Assembly: GCA_013239625.1 (NCBI GenBank)
Contig: MU053557.1
Location: 4,866,123-4,930,122 of the forward strand
Origin: Lama guanicoe
Lineage: Eukaryota
DNA length: 64,000 bases
Direction of reading: 5' to 3'
In this document: positions 26,156 to 40,134 of the stretch, piece by piece
How positions within the stretch are numbered: position 1 is the first letter of the stretch
How the letters are laid out: the number at the start of each line of letters is the position of its first letter
Position numbers and translations under genes: made by a program
The notes under the pieces: model-generated
What the model saw: only the letters and a program-made list of their open reading frames with translations
The model's database searches: none
Told to the model about the DNA's origin: nothing

Positions 26156-28453
26156 CACAGGGATTTCCATAAGCGTGTACCCGCCACACCATGGCCACTC
26201 AGCAGAAGGAAGCCCCACAGCTGCTCCGGTGGTGGTAGTGTTTCTTCCTCCCACCCCCAGCCCTGAATGCCTCCCTCCCCTGGAGCACAGGCTTGGCCAC
26301 TGCCAGGCCTGGCCAGGACATGAGAGCCAGCTGGGCGGGAGGGTTGAAGCAGGACTGGACCTGCAGGGGCAGATGTCAGTCTCACCAAGGCTGGCGAGAT
26401 CAGGCCCAGAAGAGACCAGTTTCCCCACAGCATGGAGGCCCAGAGTGGGCAGGAGCCCTCAGCGGCCACTGAATTCTAGATTTCAGGCTTGGCGAGTGCT
26501 GGGGCCAAATCTCTTGGTACCCTCAGCGCCTGGCACAGGGCCTGACATTCAGTAGCCCTTACTTTGTGCCAGGCCTTATTCTCAGTGTTTACCTTTATCC
26601 CAGTGGTGTCATCCCTGCCCCCATTTCACAGCTGAGGAAGCTGAGGCACAGGGAATTTACATGATTTGCCCAAAGTCATGCTGACGGTAAGTGGCAAATC
26701 CAGGTGATTGGCTAGAGAGCCCAGGCTCTTATCTGCTCATTATCAAGGTTTATTGAAGTCGTGAAAGACTAAAACCAGGCTGCAGCCAATGATGAATTCA
26801 CACAGGTTGTCTTAAGCCCCAATTCCATCCCTTCCCGAGATGGAGAGCTTTACTAGGCCCTGAAAGTGAGGGCAGGTGTCACAGGGCAGGTGCTGTGCCC
26901 GTCATGGCCCAGGAATCCGTCTGGTGTGAGTTCTACTTGCAGTTGGCTGTCACTGTGACCAATCCCACCCATGACCTTGCTGACCTGCCCTCCGGAGCCC
27001 ACCCGGACAGCCCAGCCCTTGGGGAAGGAGAAGCCCCTTTGGCCAGAATCTGAATCTGTAGGTTATAGGGAACTGATTGTGGATAAACCGGCAAGCATGG
27101 CTTTTGCCCCTACACACCCTGGCCTAGGGTGACTCCCAGCACTGACGTGTCAGCTGCAGGAACTGGCGGTGTCACTCCCGGGTGCATCACTGACCCTCCC
27201 GCGGCTTCTCTCCTCCCTGCAATTCTGTTTGTGGATCCGCTTCGGTTTTTGTGGCGGAAACTGTTCTGCTCTTTGCCTTCGATTTACATTCCCTAGGAGA
27301 TCTACTCGGTCCAGTTCATTTTCCCGCCGGGCTACTCAAAGGCTGGCGAATCACCCTACAGACTGGGCCCCCAGCCCCCAAGTGCAGTCTAATCGGCTGT
27401 AACCAGGAAAGTGCAGTCACACGGCACCAACATGACTGCTCCTAAGAAGGCGGCTCGGGGAGTGGCAGGCACTCTGAGGCTGGCTTGGACAAGGTCTTCC
27501 CAGATGGCTGTGCCCTCAGCTGTCTCCTTCACGCCTCAGCTCCCTTGATAGCCTGGAGAGCCCAGCTCCCTCTTATAGTCTCCCTGCAACCCCAGGAAGG
27601 GTCTCTGAACTAATCCACAGACAAGAGCCAGGATGTTAACCTGGAGCAAACCCACCACTCTTTCCTTTCCAACCATGGCCAGTGTTACCAATGGATCATA
27701 GCGTTACCTGTTCACTGAGCTGAGTGCTGAATCAGACTCACTCAGAATCGACAGTGCCCTCCAGGAAGCCATCGCCAAGCTGACATGAAAGAACTAGACT
27801 GGATGGGGTGATCTCTAGAGTTGCTTTGGGTGCTGGCGTGGCCTGAGTCAGCGCTCCTACCTAACACAGCACGCAGCCTGGGAGGGGCCTGAAATCAGTG
27901 GTCAGTGGTCCTGAGGAAGAGATCTTAATTACTGATAGCTCTTAGGATACTGGCATTATCCAGGCTTGTGAAGGGACGCCCAGGCCAAGGTCAAGGCAGG
28001 GGGTAAGACACTGACTCAGTGGCTCTGGGTTTGAAGTTTGTCACCTGATCTCCTTTTGTCTCTGTCTCTGTGAGTCAAACAGGCAGGCAGCATCCCCCAC
28101 ATCACACAGGTGCGCCTCAGGCAGTTCATTGAGACCTGCCCAGTGCTCTGAGAAGATGCCAAAGCATCAACCCTGGCTTGGGATGGGGGCAGGGAAGGGG
28201 AGGAGGGTCAGGCTGCCCCAGGGGGCTGCCCCAAAGACACAGGGACTGTCTGAGGAGGCATCCACTCTTTGTCTGGGGGAGACACCCATTATGTCAGATG
28301 GGGACCTCTATGAAATTGCAGGACTTCTCAGAGCCTTAAATGTTCATGTGGTCTGTGCATGAACAAGAGCAGGTCAGAGTGTGCATGGCTTCCTCAAATT
28401 ATTGGACTTATTTTGACAGTTGGACTACATAGACGTTAAAAATTCGCCCACAG

Positions 28454-28582
28454 TGGGAGTGCATAGCTCAAGTGGTAGAGTGTGTGCTTAGCATCCACAA
28501 GGTCCTGGGTTCAATCCCCAGTACCTCCATTAAAATAAGTAAATAAATAATTACTTCCTCCCTTCCAAAAAAAGATGGAAAA
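28454..28582 (+). mobile_element. tRNA-derived SINE (Vic-1-like)
   Basis: Same head sequence; flanking TSD aaaaattc(g/t)cccac. Confidence 0.88.
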
Positions 28583-31447
28583 AAAATTCTCCCACCTGTG
28601 GAAGGCGGCAGACAACAGAAAAGAGTGAAGTGGGCTAGGCATAAGGAGAATGGGCCACAGTTAGAAAGATCCTAAGTGAAGAGCTTAGGGCTAAGTCAGG
28701 GTGAGGACCCTCAGCTGCTTCGAATTTTTCCACACAAGAGCCCAGTGCTGCCAGATTCTCCAGTTTTTCAAAAGAAAACAAAAATCCACATTTTAATGTG
28801 AATTTTACTTTTAAATTGTGGTAACTAATTCAGAACACTCATTTTCACTTGCGGCATTTGATTTGTGTGTGTTTCATATCCCTGGAGAAAGAATCTCAGG
28901 TTTTTTCCTCCAATATTTTCCACAAGCTTCCTTCATGAGCAGGGCTGAATATGTCAGCTCCCCAAAACCAAACTGCGGGTTCTCTCGCCCTTTGGCCCGA
29001 GCTCGATGTTGTGCCGGGCTTCTGGGGTGCTGTGTCACTGTGCTCAGATGCCTGTGAGGACTAGAGAGGCTTTCCCAGAGCCACGCTCTGCCAGGTGCTC
29101 ACACGCACCAGTGCCACGCGCTTTGTCACCATAGAAACCAGGCAGTTTCTGACCAGCCCAGAGCATGGATTCTCTTCTCGGTCTTCTCAGAATCCTGAGT
29201 GATGAGCCAGGATGCACACACATACCCTTGTGGCAGTGGCTCCAGGAAATGACATGGTAGGAGGGTAACATGGGGCCAGCACAGGGAGTGCTGGACAATT
29301 CAAATATTTCATGGCATTTTCAATAAATCAAATGTGAGCAGGCTGACAAGTGTGGCTGTGGGCCGGGCACCGTGGATCTAGCTTGGACCAGCTGTGGAAC
29401 TCAGTGCAGGAAACCTTCTTTAGAGAGACTGCCCAATGCAGGGCTGGGTGGGCTGCAGGGTCCAGACACCAGACACACCTCCAGGCCGGGCAGGCCCTTT
29501 GAGAAAGAGCATACCTGAAGGCATCAGAGGGTGTCAGGAGAGCCTGGTGCCAGGTAAACACACAGCATCAGGCAGCAGTCAGTCGGGAGCCTGCAACCCG
29601 GGGGGCCTCGTTCCTTGGGAGGCCTGGTCCTGGTAAACTGGAGCACCGGGTTGACCCTGGGCAGGGGAGGGCCCGCGTTACAGCCAGCGCTGCATCCCTT
29701 CCCAGGCCGGTCAGCGCTGTGGCCAGTGCTCAGAGTGGGGCTGGGTGGGGCGAGGGCAGGAGGGGAGTGGGGCCTGCGCCTGGTCAGGCAGCACGCATAT
29801 TAAAACCACACCATCCCTTGACTGCCTTCTTCCCATGATGAGTCATGGCTCTGGCACAACTTCCTTCCACTGTGTTCTTAACACCATCTTTAAAAATTAG
29901 TCAAAGAGGAGGCATTTCTGGTGAATGTGCTCAGGAAAAGGGCCCAGTTACACCCAGTGTGTGAGAATGGGAGAGCAGAGAGGGCTGGGGCGGGAAGCAA
30001 GCTCCTAGACAAAATTACAAAAGCATAAATCCCACCTCTGTTGGTTACCAGCTGTGTGACCTCAGGGACGGTAATCTGCCTCTCTGATCCCCAATGTCCT
30101 CATCTGCAGAATGGGAGAGTAATAGTAGCTGCCTCCTAGAGCTGTGAGGTTTAAGCTGATAAAGTGTGTGAAAAGCTGTGCCCCTGGTACACAGTAATCA
30201 CTCAGTAAGTACCTACTGTCATTTGAGGTAGGAAAGAAAATCCAGGATTTTATCACTGGAAAGGAACAGTTAGTTTACATGTGGGGAGATATGAGGCCCC
30301 AAAGAGGCAAAGCATTCTAATGCGAGTCCAGGATGAGCCAAGACCAAGTCTGCCAAGTTCAGCCCCTCCACCACACCCCATCTGGGGAACAAGCTAAACC
30401 CAGAAACATTGGCTCCCGGAAAACCCCACTCTTTCTGGCACCCAGAGGAAGGCCTCTGAACCCCATCCTGCTGGCAGCTATTCAGAGCCCCGGATGCCGG
30501 CAAAGCCCTGGCCTTGAACATTGGAGAATTGACAGGGGCCCCCTTTTCTTCCAGCCTCCTACTACAGAGGCTGCAAAAGCCGAAAGCCGGCTCCCCCAGC
30601 CTCCCTTGGACTCAGTCAAGTTCACCCAGGGATTTGTGGCAGAGCCAGGGGGCACCCAGGCCTGCTAGCTGGCTGCCCCAGCTCTGCCTCTCTGTACAGG
30701 ACAGAGACATCATTCTCGCCACACCATGTTTATTCTCAGGATTTGCTCAGGGTCATTCCTATAACAGTTATTAAAACAGCCACTAACACTGTGCCCTTGG
30801 TCTGTGCCAGGGGCTGTGCCGGGTGAGGGTTTTTTTTAATTGCCACTACTTTATAAGGTAAGGCTGTAATATCATTATTTCCCCAGTCAGTGAACGAAGA
30901 AAACAGAATTTGAACACTGGTGTACCTGGTCCCTCTTCACCACATCTCCACACCCTCTAGACAAAAAGACCCTTTCCTTTCCTGGCTGGGCCCATGCTGT
31001 TCTGTGCTGTGGCCTTGGCAGGGTCCTCACCTCCACCAGAGGTCTGTTAAGGACTTTGAAGAGTAAAGAGAGGACATGTGGACACGGGCTGTTCTGGTGG
31101 CTCCTTCCTCCTCAAGCCAGATGCCCCCATGCATGTCAGGCCTCTGCCCCTCCACCCTGCAGCCTTGGGTCTGTATTGGCAGCTCCTTTCCCCAGCCACT
31201 GACTTCCGTCTTCAGGCCTTAAGGCAACAGAGAGCTGAGCTTGGGTGTGAAACTTCCTGCTGCTATAGGAGCGGACACCCACGGTGGGGGGACGGCGGTA
31301 GGGGGCTTCTGCTCAAATGTCAGGGAACAAACAGCCCCTTGGGAACTCTGCTGATCCCACCTCAGTTCCCTAGCTCTCTCTAAAGCCCTGGCAGACTCAA
31401 GTTTCAGTTTCCTGTTTGCAACATGTGAATAAAAACAGTCCCCACCT

Positions 31448-31885
31448 GTGATAGTTTGTTAGGGCTATTGTAACAAACAAACTGGGTGGCTTAAACAACA
31501 AAAGTGTATCTTTCTGGAGGCTGAGTCTGAAATCCAGGTGTCAGCAGGGTAGGTTCCTTCTGAGGGCTGTGGGGAGAATCAGATCCAGGCCTATCTCTTA
31601 GCTTCTGGGGTTTGCTGGCAGTCTTTGACCTTCCTTGGTTTTTAGACTCATCACCCTGATCTCTGCCTTCTTTTTCACATGCCCTTCTCCCTGTGTGCTG
31701 TCTCTGTGTCCAAATTCCTCCTCTTTCATGAGAACACCAGTTGTACCGGATGAGGGCCCAATCTAATGACCTCATCTTAACGTCATCATCTGTAGTGACT
31801 CTCTTTCCAAACAAGGTCACATTCACAGATACTGGGAGTTAGGACTTCAGCATCTTTGGAGGAAAGACACAATTCAACCCACACC
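31448..31885 (-). mobile_element. MaLR solo LTR (MLT1-type)
   Basis: Same motif series as the other MLT1 copies. Confidence 0.8.
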
Positions 31886-33334
31886 ACCATCTCACAAATC
31901 TGTTGATTGGATTAAATGAACTAAGGCATGAAGCGCCTGCCACAGAGTCATCACTCAACGAAAGTTCGTTATTATCATATTATTTGCTGCACAGTGGCTG
32001 CCAGCGTGCTGCAGCGTGTCCTGCAGGGTGACTGCCGCAGGGACAGTGAGAGAGCCCTGGTATATGGCTCTGAATTTCACTGCAAGGAGGACGCTGAGGA
32101 AGGAGGGGCTAAGCACTCGCTGACAGTGCTGAGATCTCTCACCAACAAGGACAGCCACAGTTCCTAAGCCACTCCGTGTCCCACTTAATCTGTGACTGAG
32201 AGACTGTCACTTGTCACCCATATCCTATACTACTGCTCTTGTTATCAGTCCTTCGTGATGGTTCCTAGGTCATCATGGGTGGCGGGTGGAGTGACTAAAC
32301 GCTCCCAATGCACCCTTGACAGAGCCATGGCGTGTGCCACGCTGCTGTGTCGTGGCCAGGCTGGTAGTCCCAGAGGCTGAGTCATGGAGTGACGTTAGGA
32401 ACCCCACAAGACGCCCAGGCCCCCTCTGTGGGGCTGGGTCTTACGTGTGGCTGCGTTGGTGCAGACGGCAGCTCTCTAGCTGGGAGGCAACAGCTCCTTG
32501 TGGGTAGGTGTGAGTGGCCTAGGCGTCTCCGTTCAGGAAAGCAGATTGAATCTCAATTTGGGGCCAGCCTCCTGCACTTAAGCTACCTCTTCACTTAGCA
32601 CTTTGTGAAGCTCAAGTTCAAAGTCCTATGGGAAAGGTCTGATAATGGATCTTATCCAGAGAGGATACAAAGCTTTCATTATGATGCTTGTAAATGTATA
32701 TGTGCGTTTCCTTGTGTTTCTTCTGGATTCCGGTTGCTCCCCTGTGCCCATTTATAAAAGTGCTTTGAAAGCTGGGGAAATTGAGGCCTCAGCAGGCAGC
32801 CCAGTAGAGGTGAGGCGAGATGGCCAGGAAATAGCTACGGATTGGCCTATTGGGCAAAGATGCCAATAAAGACCATTGTGGAGGAGTGTCTGGTGGTATA
32901 AAGCCATAATAAAAAAGGACCAGCATTTATCAAGCATCTACAATGCCCTGAGCACCAGACTCATGGTCATTTTCTTTAATATTCACAGAAATGCCACAGT
33001 CAGTAGTATAATTATATCTGCATTATACAGATGAAGAAAAGAAATGAAGGCCTGGGGATTTGCCCAAGTTCACATTGCCAAGAAGTGATGGATGAGCATT
33101 TTGAACCCAGGCCTGATTCCAAGGCCCAAGCCCTTGCCTGTGAAGCTGATCTGCCTTCCATGGCCTGTGATGAAGTCTCCAAGTCTGGAGCCGAGCAACC
33201 GAGTCTCTCTCCAACCTGTGTATTCATGAAAAGCCACAGACCAGAGGGATAAGCGAGTGTAGGGCTCCCCGTGTCCTTTGTGAGGCTGAAGAAAGAACTG
33301 GTCCAGATCATGTAATCCACACTCAAGAAGATGT

Positions 33335-33665
33335 GACAAGGAATACATACAGCAATAAAAAAAAAAAAGAAAAGCAAACGCCTGACAGGACAATGCAGGG
33401 AAACCTCACAGACAATGTTGGGCAAAAGAAGACAGTTACAGAAGTGCACATGCTGTATGATTCTATTTAAGTGAAGTTCTAAAACGGACGAAGCCGATCC
33501 TACGGTGACAAGGTCAGGAGGGTGAGGACCTTTGGGGAAGCCTCCCATGGTGACAGAAATGGCTCAGATCTTGAATTGTGTGGCAGTTACCCAGGTGGGC
33601 ATATATGTAAAAATTCATCAAGCTGCATGCTAAAGATTTGAGCCTTTTATAGTACTTCCAATAAA
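33335..33665 (+). mobile_element. Old L1 (L1M-type) 3' UTR fragment
   Basis: gaatacatacagcaataaaa..aaaagaagacag..tgtatgattctattta..aaaattcatcaagctg motifs. Confidence 0.65.
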
Positions 33666-36536
33666 TATGAAAGATGCAAAGAAAGTGGAGAAAATGTCAA
33701 GAATGACAATTGGGACCAAAGGGGTGGATTAAGCTCTCTCTAAAATATAAAAGAAGCATGTTTAGAGGAGGTGGCTGGGAGGAGGTGACTGCACCTGGTG
33801 GTTTTAACAGCCAAGATCCTGGCGCACAGCTTGGTCCCTTCTCTCTTACAAAAGGTCACATCTGGCACTTCCCAGGATTTCCAAAGCTGGGAGGGGATTT
33901 CCCATAGCTGGGAGGGGACTTCCTCTGCCCAGGAGGGCAAAATAGCATATGTCACTGTTTTAATTCATTTATGCATCCCCTCATTTATCCTTTCAGCGTT
34001 CAGAGGTGTTTGTGGAGGGCCTGCTGTGGGCAGAGCATGGTACTACATCCCAGGGATACAGCAGTGAAGACAGACAAAAGCATCTGCTCTCGTGTTGCCA
34101 TCATCCTATCTGGGACTGAGATGACTGTTACTTTAAAATGATAAGTAAAATATCCAGTAGGTTAGCTGGAGAAAAATAAAACAGAGAGAGAGGGGTCTGA
34201 GGAGTGAAGAGCAGGTTGAATCCGCAAAGAGCGCGGTCGGGGAAGGCCGCCTCCCTGAGAAGCTGACATTCCAGCAAAGATGAGAAGGAGGACTCTGGGG
34301 GACATACAAATGCCCCAGACTGGTGGGCATGTCCTGGTGAGAGGGAAGCAGTGAGGTGTCCGGGTGACTGGAGGGGAGGCTGAGGGAGAGCCACATGGAT
34401 GAGATCAGGGAAGTGACAGACGGCGTGAGTGTAGGGCTTGTGTAGACCTGGGCCTTACCCAGACTGAGGTGGGGTTTTGAACAGAGGTCTGACATGACCT
34501 GGCTGGGTATTTGTGAAGCTGCTGCTGCGCTGGGAAGTCTGCATCTCTGCATCTCTGCAGGGGGGCCACAGAGAGGCAAGTCCTGAGGCTCACTCACTGC
34601 CCTGCGCCTCTGCCCTCCTACCTGGGTTTCTCCGGGTGGGCAATGACCGCCTTCCAGGGCAGTGGAGAGAAGGGGAAAGGCCTTGTGCCCCGCACTGTGT
34701 GTGAGGCCACCAGAACAGGGCAAGTGGGTGAGGAGCAGCGCCAAGCCTCTCTGGACAAGGAGTGCGAAGGGCTTCCAAGAATGCAGAATACAGGCAAGGA
34801 CGGTTTCCTTGTGAGTGTGCTGGAGGCTTTCCAAGGAGGCAAAGGTTGCCTGGCAAGGCTCATCAGAAGCTCCTGACTGTAGCGAGAAGGAGAGACGAGG
34901 GAGAGACTGTGAAACCATGTCAGGCAGGGCGGCACCCTCCTCTCTCGGAAAACTGCTGACCTCACCTCCCTTCCCCGGGTGGGGGTGAGAGCCCGCTGGC
35001 TGTGGGGGCGGCGCTCCTCGGCCTGAGGGAGGGGCGGAGAGCGAGGGCGGGGACGGGGAGGCTGGAGTGGAGGGAGGAGCCCCCGCACTTGTAGGCCCAG
35101 CTCTCCCACAGCCTGCTGTGGGCTCCTGTACCTCCGGCTCCCAGTCTGGGCTGTTCTTCCTCCTTCACAACTACCGGGCTGGGCCAGGGGCTCCTGGCTC
35201 TCTTTCATTCTACACTGTATCCAGAGAGCCCGCGGAGCGCCCGGTCTCTACACTGGGCTTGGGCCTTGGGAGCTCAGTCCACGAGTCTCCAAGACCTGAG
35301 ACTCGGGTCACCCGCTGGCTTCTTACCTCCTCCTCCAGGGGTGCAGTGTGAGGCTGACGACTGCTTGTGGGTGTGTCCCGGGTGGTAGGCTGCTGCTTTG
35401 CCTTGTCCTCATTGCCCATGTCACCTCCCCAAGGAAATGTGCCAAAACTTGCACCTGAAAACACAATATAGCGCTGCCTTCCAGTGCTTTGAAGGCACCC
35501 CTACCTCTGAAAATACATTTACGGGCTCCCTGTGTCCTAAAGTGTAAAAAGCTGTCTCTGGAATCGGGTCTTCTTGACACCCTACACTTGAAGAAACCTT
35601 CCTTCACGCCTCCTTCCCCTGCCCCACCTCACTCGGCGCGGTGAATTTCTCGGTTGCCTCCTCAGCTCTCAGGAGGACATCACTTTCCAGCCTCAGCCCC
35701 TTGGTTCAGCTTTGCCTGAAATGCCTCCAACTCCATTGGCTAGACATTTGCAGAGATCTTTATCCTGAATTGTGTTTTTACAAAACATTATTGAATTCTC
35801 ATGAAAACCTCAGGGGACAGATATCATCTCCCTCTTTAGAGCTGCGAGGCTGAGTGATTTGCCTAAAGTCACACAGCCAGTAGGTGGTGGGGCTGGAAGC
35901 TACACCCAGATGTCCTGAGACTCCAGCACTGAGCTCTTAGCCACTAACACTGCTTCTCCCAGCTCCTGTGTGCATGGTCTCTGCTCTGGATGGACCACAG
36001 CTGTCTGAGAACAGGGCCTGGGCCTCCTCAGCCACTTCAGTTTGGGCCATTGTTGTCCAGCACATCTTCTTTCCCTTGCTCCACCTGGAGCATTCCCTAT
36101 TATCCACCTCAGGGCTGGGAGTGGAGGCTCTTCCCGGCAGTCACCCTGGGGCAGAACTGGCTCTCCCAGGTGTCCCCAGCCTTCCCTCCACTAGGCAGGT
36201 TGGGCTGCCCAGACATGCAGCTACCATGACTCACCCCATGAAGAGCTGTGGAAACCAGCGGGCTGAGTCCGAGCTGGCAAAGCAGCCTGTCCGCCCACTT
36301 TCCCTAGCAGCCCAGGCCTCAGCAGTGTGGCTCTTGGCTTTTCCCATTTGGATGATGGGCTTAAGGAGATAATGCTTTAACTCTCTAGGTCTGCTCACCA
36401 GTTGGAGCTCCATCTTCCTCTATCAAAATCCACATAATCTATGTTCCGTGAGATCATGAGAAAGATTTCCTTGGGAACTAGGCCGCAAATTTTGGGACTA
36501 CCTTCCCCTTGGATATCAATATCGGTTGCTAACATT

Positions 36537-36568
36537 TGTCAACAGCTGTCAACAGCTGTCAACAGCTG
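36537..36568. repeat. 10-bp tandem repeat (TGTCAACAGC)x3
   Basis: Direct reading. Confidence 0.9.
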
Positions 36569-37619
36569 ATTGTATGCTTGGTACTGTTCTAAACATAGCA
36601 AACAAAACTTTTGCTTTTCCCTTGACCCTAGGTAGGCAGATAAGACAGGGCAAAAAATTGTATCCAATTGTTTACATGCAGGAATTGAGTGTCAGGGTGG
36701 AGGAAGGCGGTAACATGGGTCACTGTCAATGATAAAGTGAAGTCTAGGAACTGTGGTCTGTGGTCTTCGGTCTCCACCAGCTTCCTGGCTATTTCCAAGG
36801 CATCAAGCTGCCTCCTAGCAGCAAATAGGATTTTGTTTCTGTTTCAGAGCAAAGGTTAATGCAAGAGAAAGTTACCAACATACACAGCATTGATGTTGTG
36901 ACTTCATCTTTATTGGAAATGGGAGCAAGACAAGGAGAGGGTCTTGGAGAAAACTGAGATAATTAATGTGGTCAGAAAGAGGCATGGATCCAAGTAGGGC
37001 CAGACACAAAAGCAAAGTTAATGCCCTGAGCTAAAATGCTAACAGAGGCAAGTTGGGTCCAGCACCGCCCAATTTTCTAGAGTGGTTTAGGGAATTAGGT
37101 AGAGCCTGCTAGTTCCCTACCTTGTTTAAGAGCTGACTGTACATGGCTCAAAAAGCTGACACTGAAAGCTTCCAACCAACTTGTCTTTTAAAAAGCACAT
37201 CACTTTGAACCCAGGAGGTGAATGTGGTGGGCTGGCTTTCAGAGAGGCCTTCTCTCTGTTGATGTTTTTAAGAGCAGCACCATCATTTTAGATCATGGAG
37301 TTGATTTGCTAATTATACTAGGTGAGTCTTTGTCCTGCAGAGATAGTCAGCTCAGGGAGAGGGGTTGTTAGAGTGGGAGGCCGAAAACAATCCTGATACT
37401 CAGCTCAAGGAAGTTTCAAGAACCAGATCCAGAGATTCAAGCCTGAAGAGGGAAAGGAGTAAGGCGAGAGCCAGAAGAAAACTACTGGTGGCCCCTTGTG
37501 GGCTTAGGAGCCTAAGGCCTTGACGGCAGCCCTACCCCAAGAAGCTTCTACTCTCATGGGCCTTCAAACAGTGGGCATACAGTGCTCTTCCTTCAGGGAA
37601 TCAGCTTTATACAAAAGAG

Positions 37620-38150
37620 GTTGCCATGGTACAACATTGAAGGAAGGTCTAATGGAATTGTTCACTGATTTTCAGTAAAAGATCTCTGAGTGATTTGGAC
37701 ATATATCTTGGAAAGAAGGCAAAGAATTAAGTGACAATGTAATAACAAAACTTCTTCTGGTTTCACATAATTATGTGAACAAGACTTCTAAACTAATACA
37801 TGAATTAAAATGAAAAACAGGGATAGCATTGATGGTGATTCCTGTCTCAATCTAAGAATAAATAACATTTATCAATGTATATATGAATATGCATTTTAAA
37901 AAACCCATCTCAATAACTAAAATTTAACTCTTAATATTCAAATGGTTATCAGAACTTGTAATACATTTATGTGGCTTTGATCAATTAGGTCTAAAAACTG
38001 TAACAGCAACTCTAGACAGAAGATACAGCACTTCCAAGTTTCATGGTCACAAGAAATTAAAAATGGAAATTAAGTGCATATCTTTGTTTCAAAGAAATAT
38101 AATATGGCAATCATTAAAAGACAGTAAGGCATGAAAATGAATTGCATGTA
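37620..38150 (+). mobile_element. hAT/Charlie-type DNA transposon remnant with decayed transposase C-terminal dimerization region
   Basis: Frameshifted translation KELSDNVITKLLL..CEQDF..IKMKNRDSID resembles the hAT C-terminal motif (ELS.A..LLPF.STYLCE.GFS.L..IKTK.RNRL). Confidence 0.6.
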
Positions 38151-39106
38151 TAATCAATTAAACCCTGTGGGGAAAACAGACTGGAAATAGGAGTTCAAGG
38201 AGAAAAGGGAATGGTGTAGAATTTCTGACTGGAATTTGTCCATGTGTTTTTTTTTTCAAAGGACAATGGTGAGCAGAGCTGCTCCGGAAGGGTGTGGGCC
38301 CTAGTTCGTCATTAAATGCCACCAGCTTCCTAGAGTTGTGTGAATTGAACAAGTGGCCAGATAGGAGGAGAAAGTGGAAGGTATTTCTAACACAAGAAGT
38401 ACATGAAGACATGATGGCACAGTGAGTCCTGGGAACTGAGTGTATCTGGGGTGTAGGGTGTTGGGATGGAGACTGGAGCTGAGGATAGAAGCCAAGAGAT
38501 GAGGTTGAATAGCTTGGTAAGCAGGGGACAAACCATGGAGTTTCATCATTATCCTGAAATAAGGGTGGCACATTCAGGAAGAATGAAGGGGAGAATGTAT
38601 TGGAGAAATTAGATTGAAGGCAAGAAGACTATATTAGAGGCTACTGCAAGAGTTCAGAGAGGCTTTAAAGGCCAAATTTAGGGAGAACCAGTGAGGAGCA
38701 GATGAGTGAAGGATGGCTCCCCAGGTGTCCTGCTTGGGAGCTTCCATTCTTCAAGACAGAGAGAGAATTATAGGAGGAAAAGAAGGTTTAAGGAGGCAAC
38801 ATAGTAGCTTCATTTGTAGACATGGTGAGTCAATCAAGATACTTAGCTAACCATTGCAATGCATGAGGATCTTGGAGCTCAGGTTGCAAAAAAGCCAGAG
38901 GTGAGAGTTTAATCACACACTGTATGTGGCAAATCACTAGGCACACAATGTTAACAAAGCAACAAACCACCTTAAGTATGGGTTCTGAAGCTCGCTATTA
39001 AACAGACCCAAATTAAGTTTTCAAGTCATCTTTGAGGGCCTTTGGAAAGCAGAATGGATAGCAGGTTCTTGAGCAAAAGGCAAGCATAAAAAGGCACTTC
39101 AGTTTT

Positions 39107-39278
39107 CCAAGATTACAGAGAAATATATACAAGATCTTGTGGTAGCTCACAGCGAAAAAAAATGTGACAATGAATATACGTATGTTCATGTATAACTGAA
39201 AAATTGTGATCTACACTGGAATTTGACACAACATTGTAAAATGACTATAACTCAATTTTAAAAATGTTAAAAAAAAAA
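39107..39278 (+). mobile_element. Young 5'-truncated L1 3' end with poly-A tail
   Basis: acaacattgtaaaatgactataactcaat plus A tail; TSD aaaaa(g/a)gcacttcagtttt at 39088-39106 and 39273-39291. Confidence 0.8.
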
Positions 39279-39580
39279 GCACTTCAGTTTTTAAGTCCAC
39301 TTGAAGGGTCAGCACTGTTTGGAGTAAGAAAAAGAATTAAAATTTTCCAATTTAGGTAGGCCTGCAACCCTGACCTTTTGAAAACATACTTAAACACAAC
39401 ACACACATACACAAGCCCAGGATCAAGTATCAAGTAACTATAAAATTCCTTTCACAGTTAGGGAGGAGATTACAATTTTCAAAGAAGCTGAATCTGGGAA
39501 GCTTTTGCTAGTCTCTTTTGGGGGTAGTAATGATTAATGGTGGAGCCATTTAAAAGCATTGAATCTAAAATCACCAGCAG

Positions 39581-40134
39581 GTTCACAGCAGCACTATTTA
39601 CAATAGCCAAGACATGGAAGTAACCTAAATGTCCATCAACAGATGATTGAATAAAGATGTGGTATATGTATATAATGGCCTACTACTCAGACATAAAAAA
39701 GAATAAAATAATGCCATTTGCAGCGAAATGGATGGACCTGGAGATTGTCATACTGAGTGAAGTAAGCCAGAAAAAGGAATACCATATGATATGACTTATG
39801 TGTGGACTCGAAAAAAATGACACAACTTATTTACAAAACAGAAACAGACTCACAGACATAGAAAACAAACATGATTACTAGGGGAGGGGGAAAGGTGGGG
39901 AGGGATAAATTGGGAGTTTAGGATTTCTAGATGCTAACTACTATATATAAAATAGGGTAACAACAAAGTCCTACTGTATAGCACAGGGAATTATTTTCAC
40001 TATCTTGTAATAGCCTATAATGAAAAGGAATATGAAAAGGAATATACATATATGTATAAATCACTATACTGTACACCAGAAATTAACACAACATTGTAAA
40101 CTGATTATACATCAATTAAAAAAAAAGAAAAAAG
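39581..40134 (+). mobile_element. 5'-truncated L1 (ORF2 C-terminus and 3' UTR)
   Basis: gcagcactatttacaatagccaagacatggaa..cctaaatgtccatcaac is the canonical L1 ORF2 end; TSD aaaa(t/c)caccagcag at 39567-39580 and 40135-40148. Confidence 0.9.
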
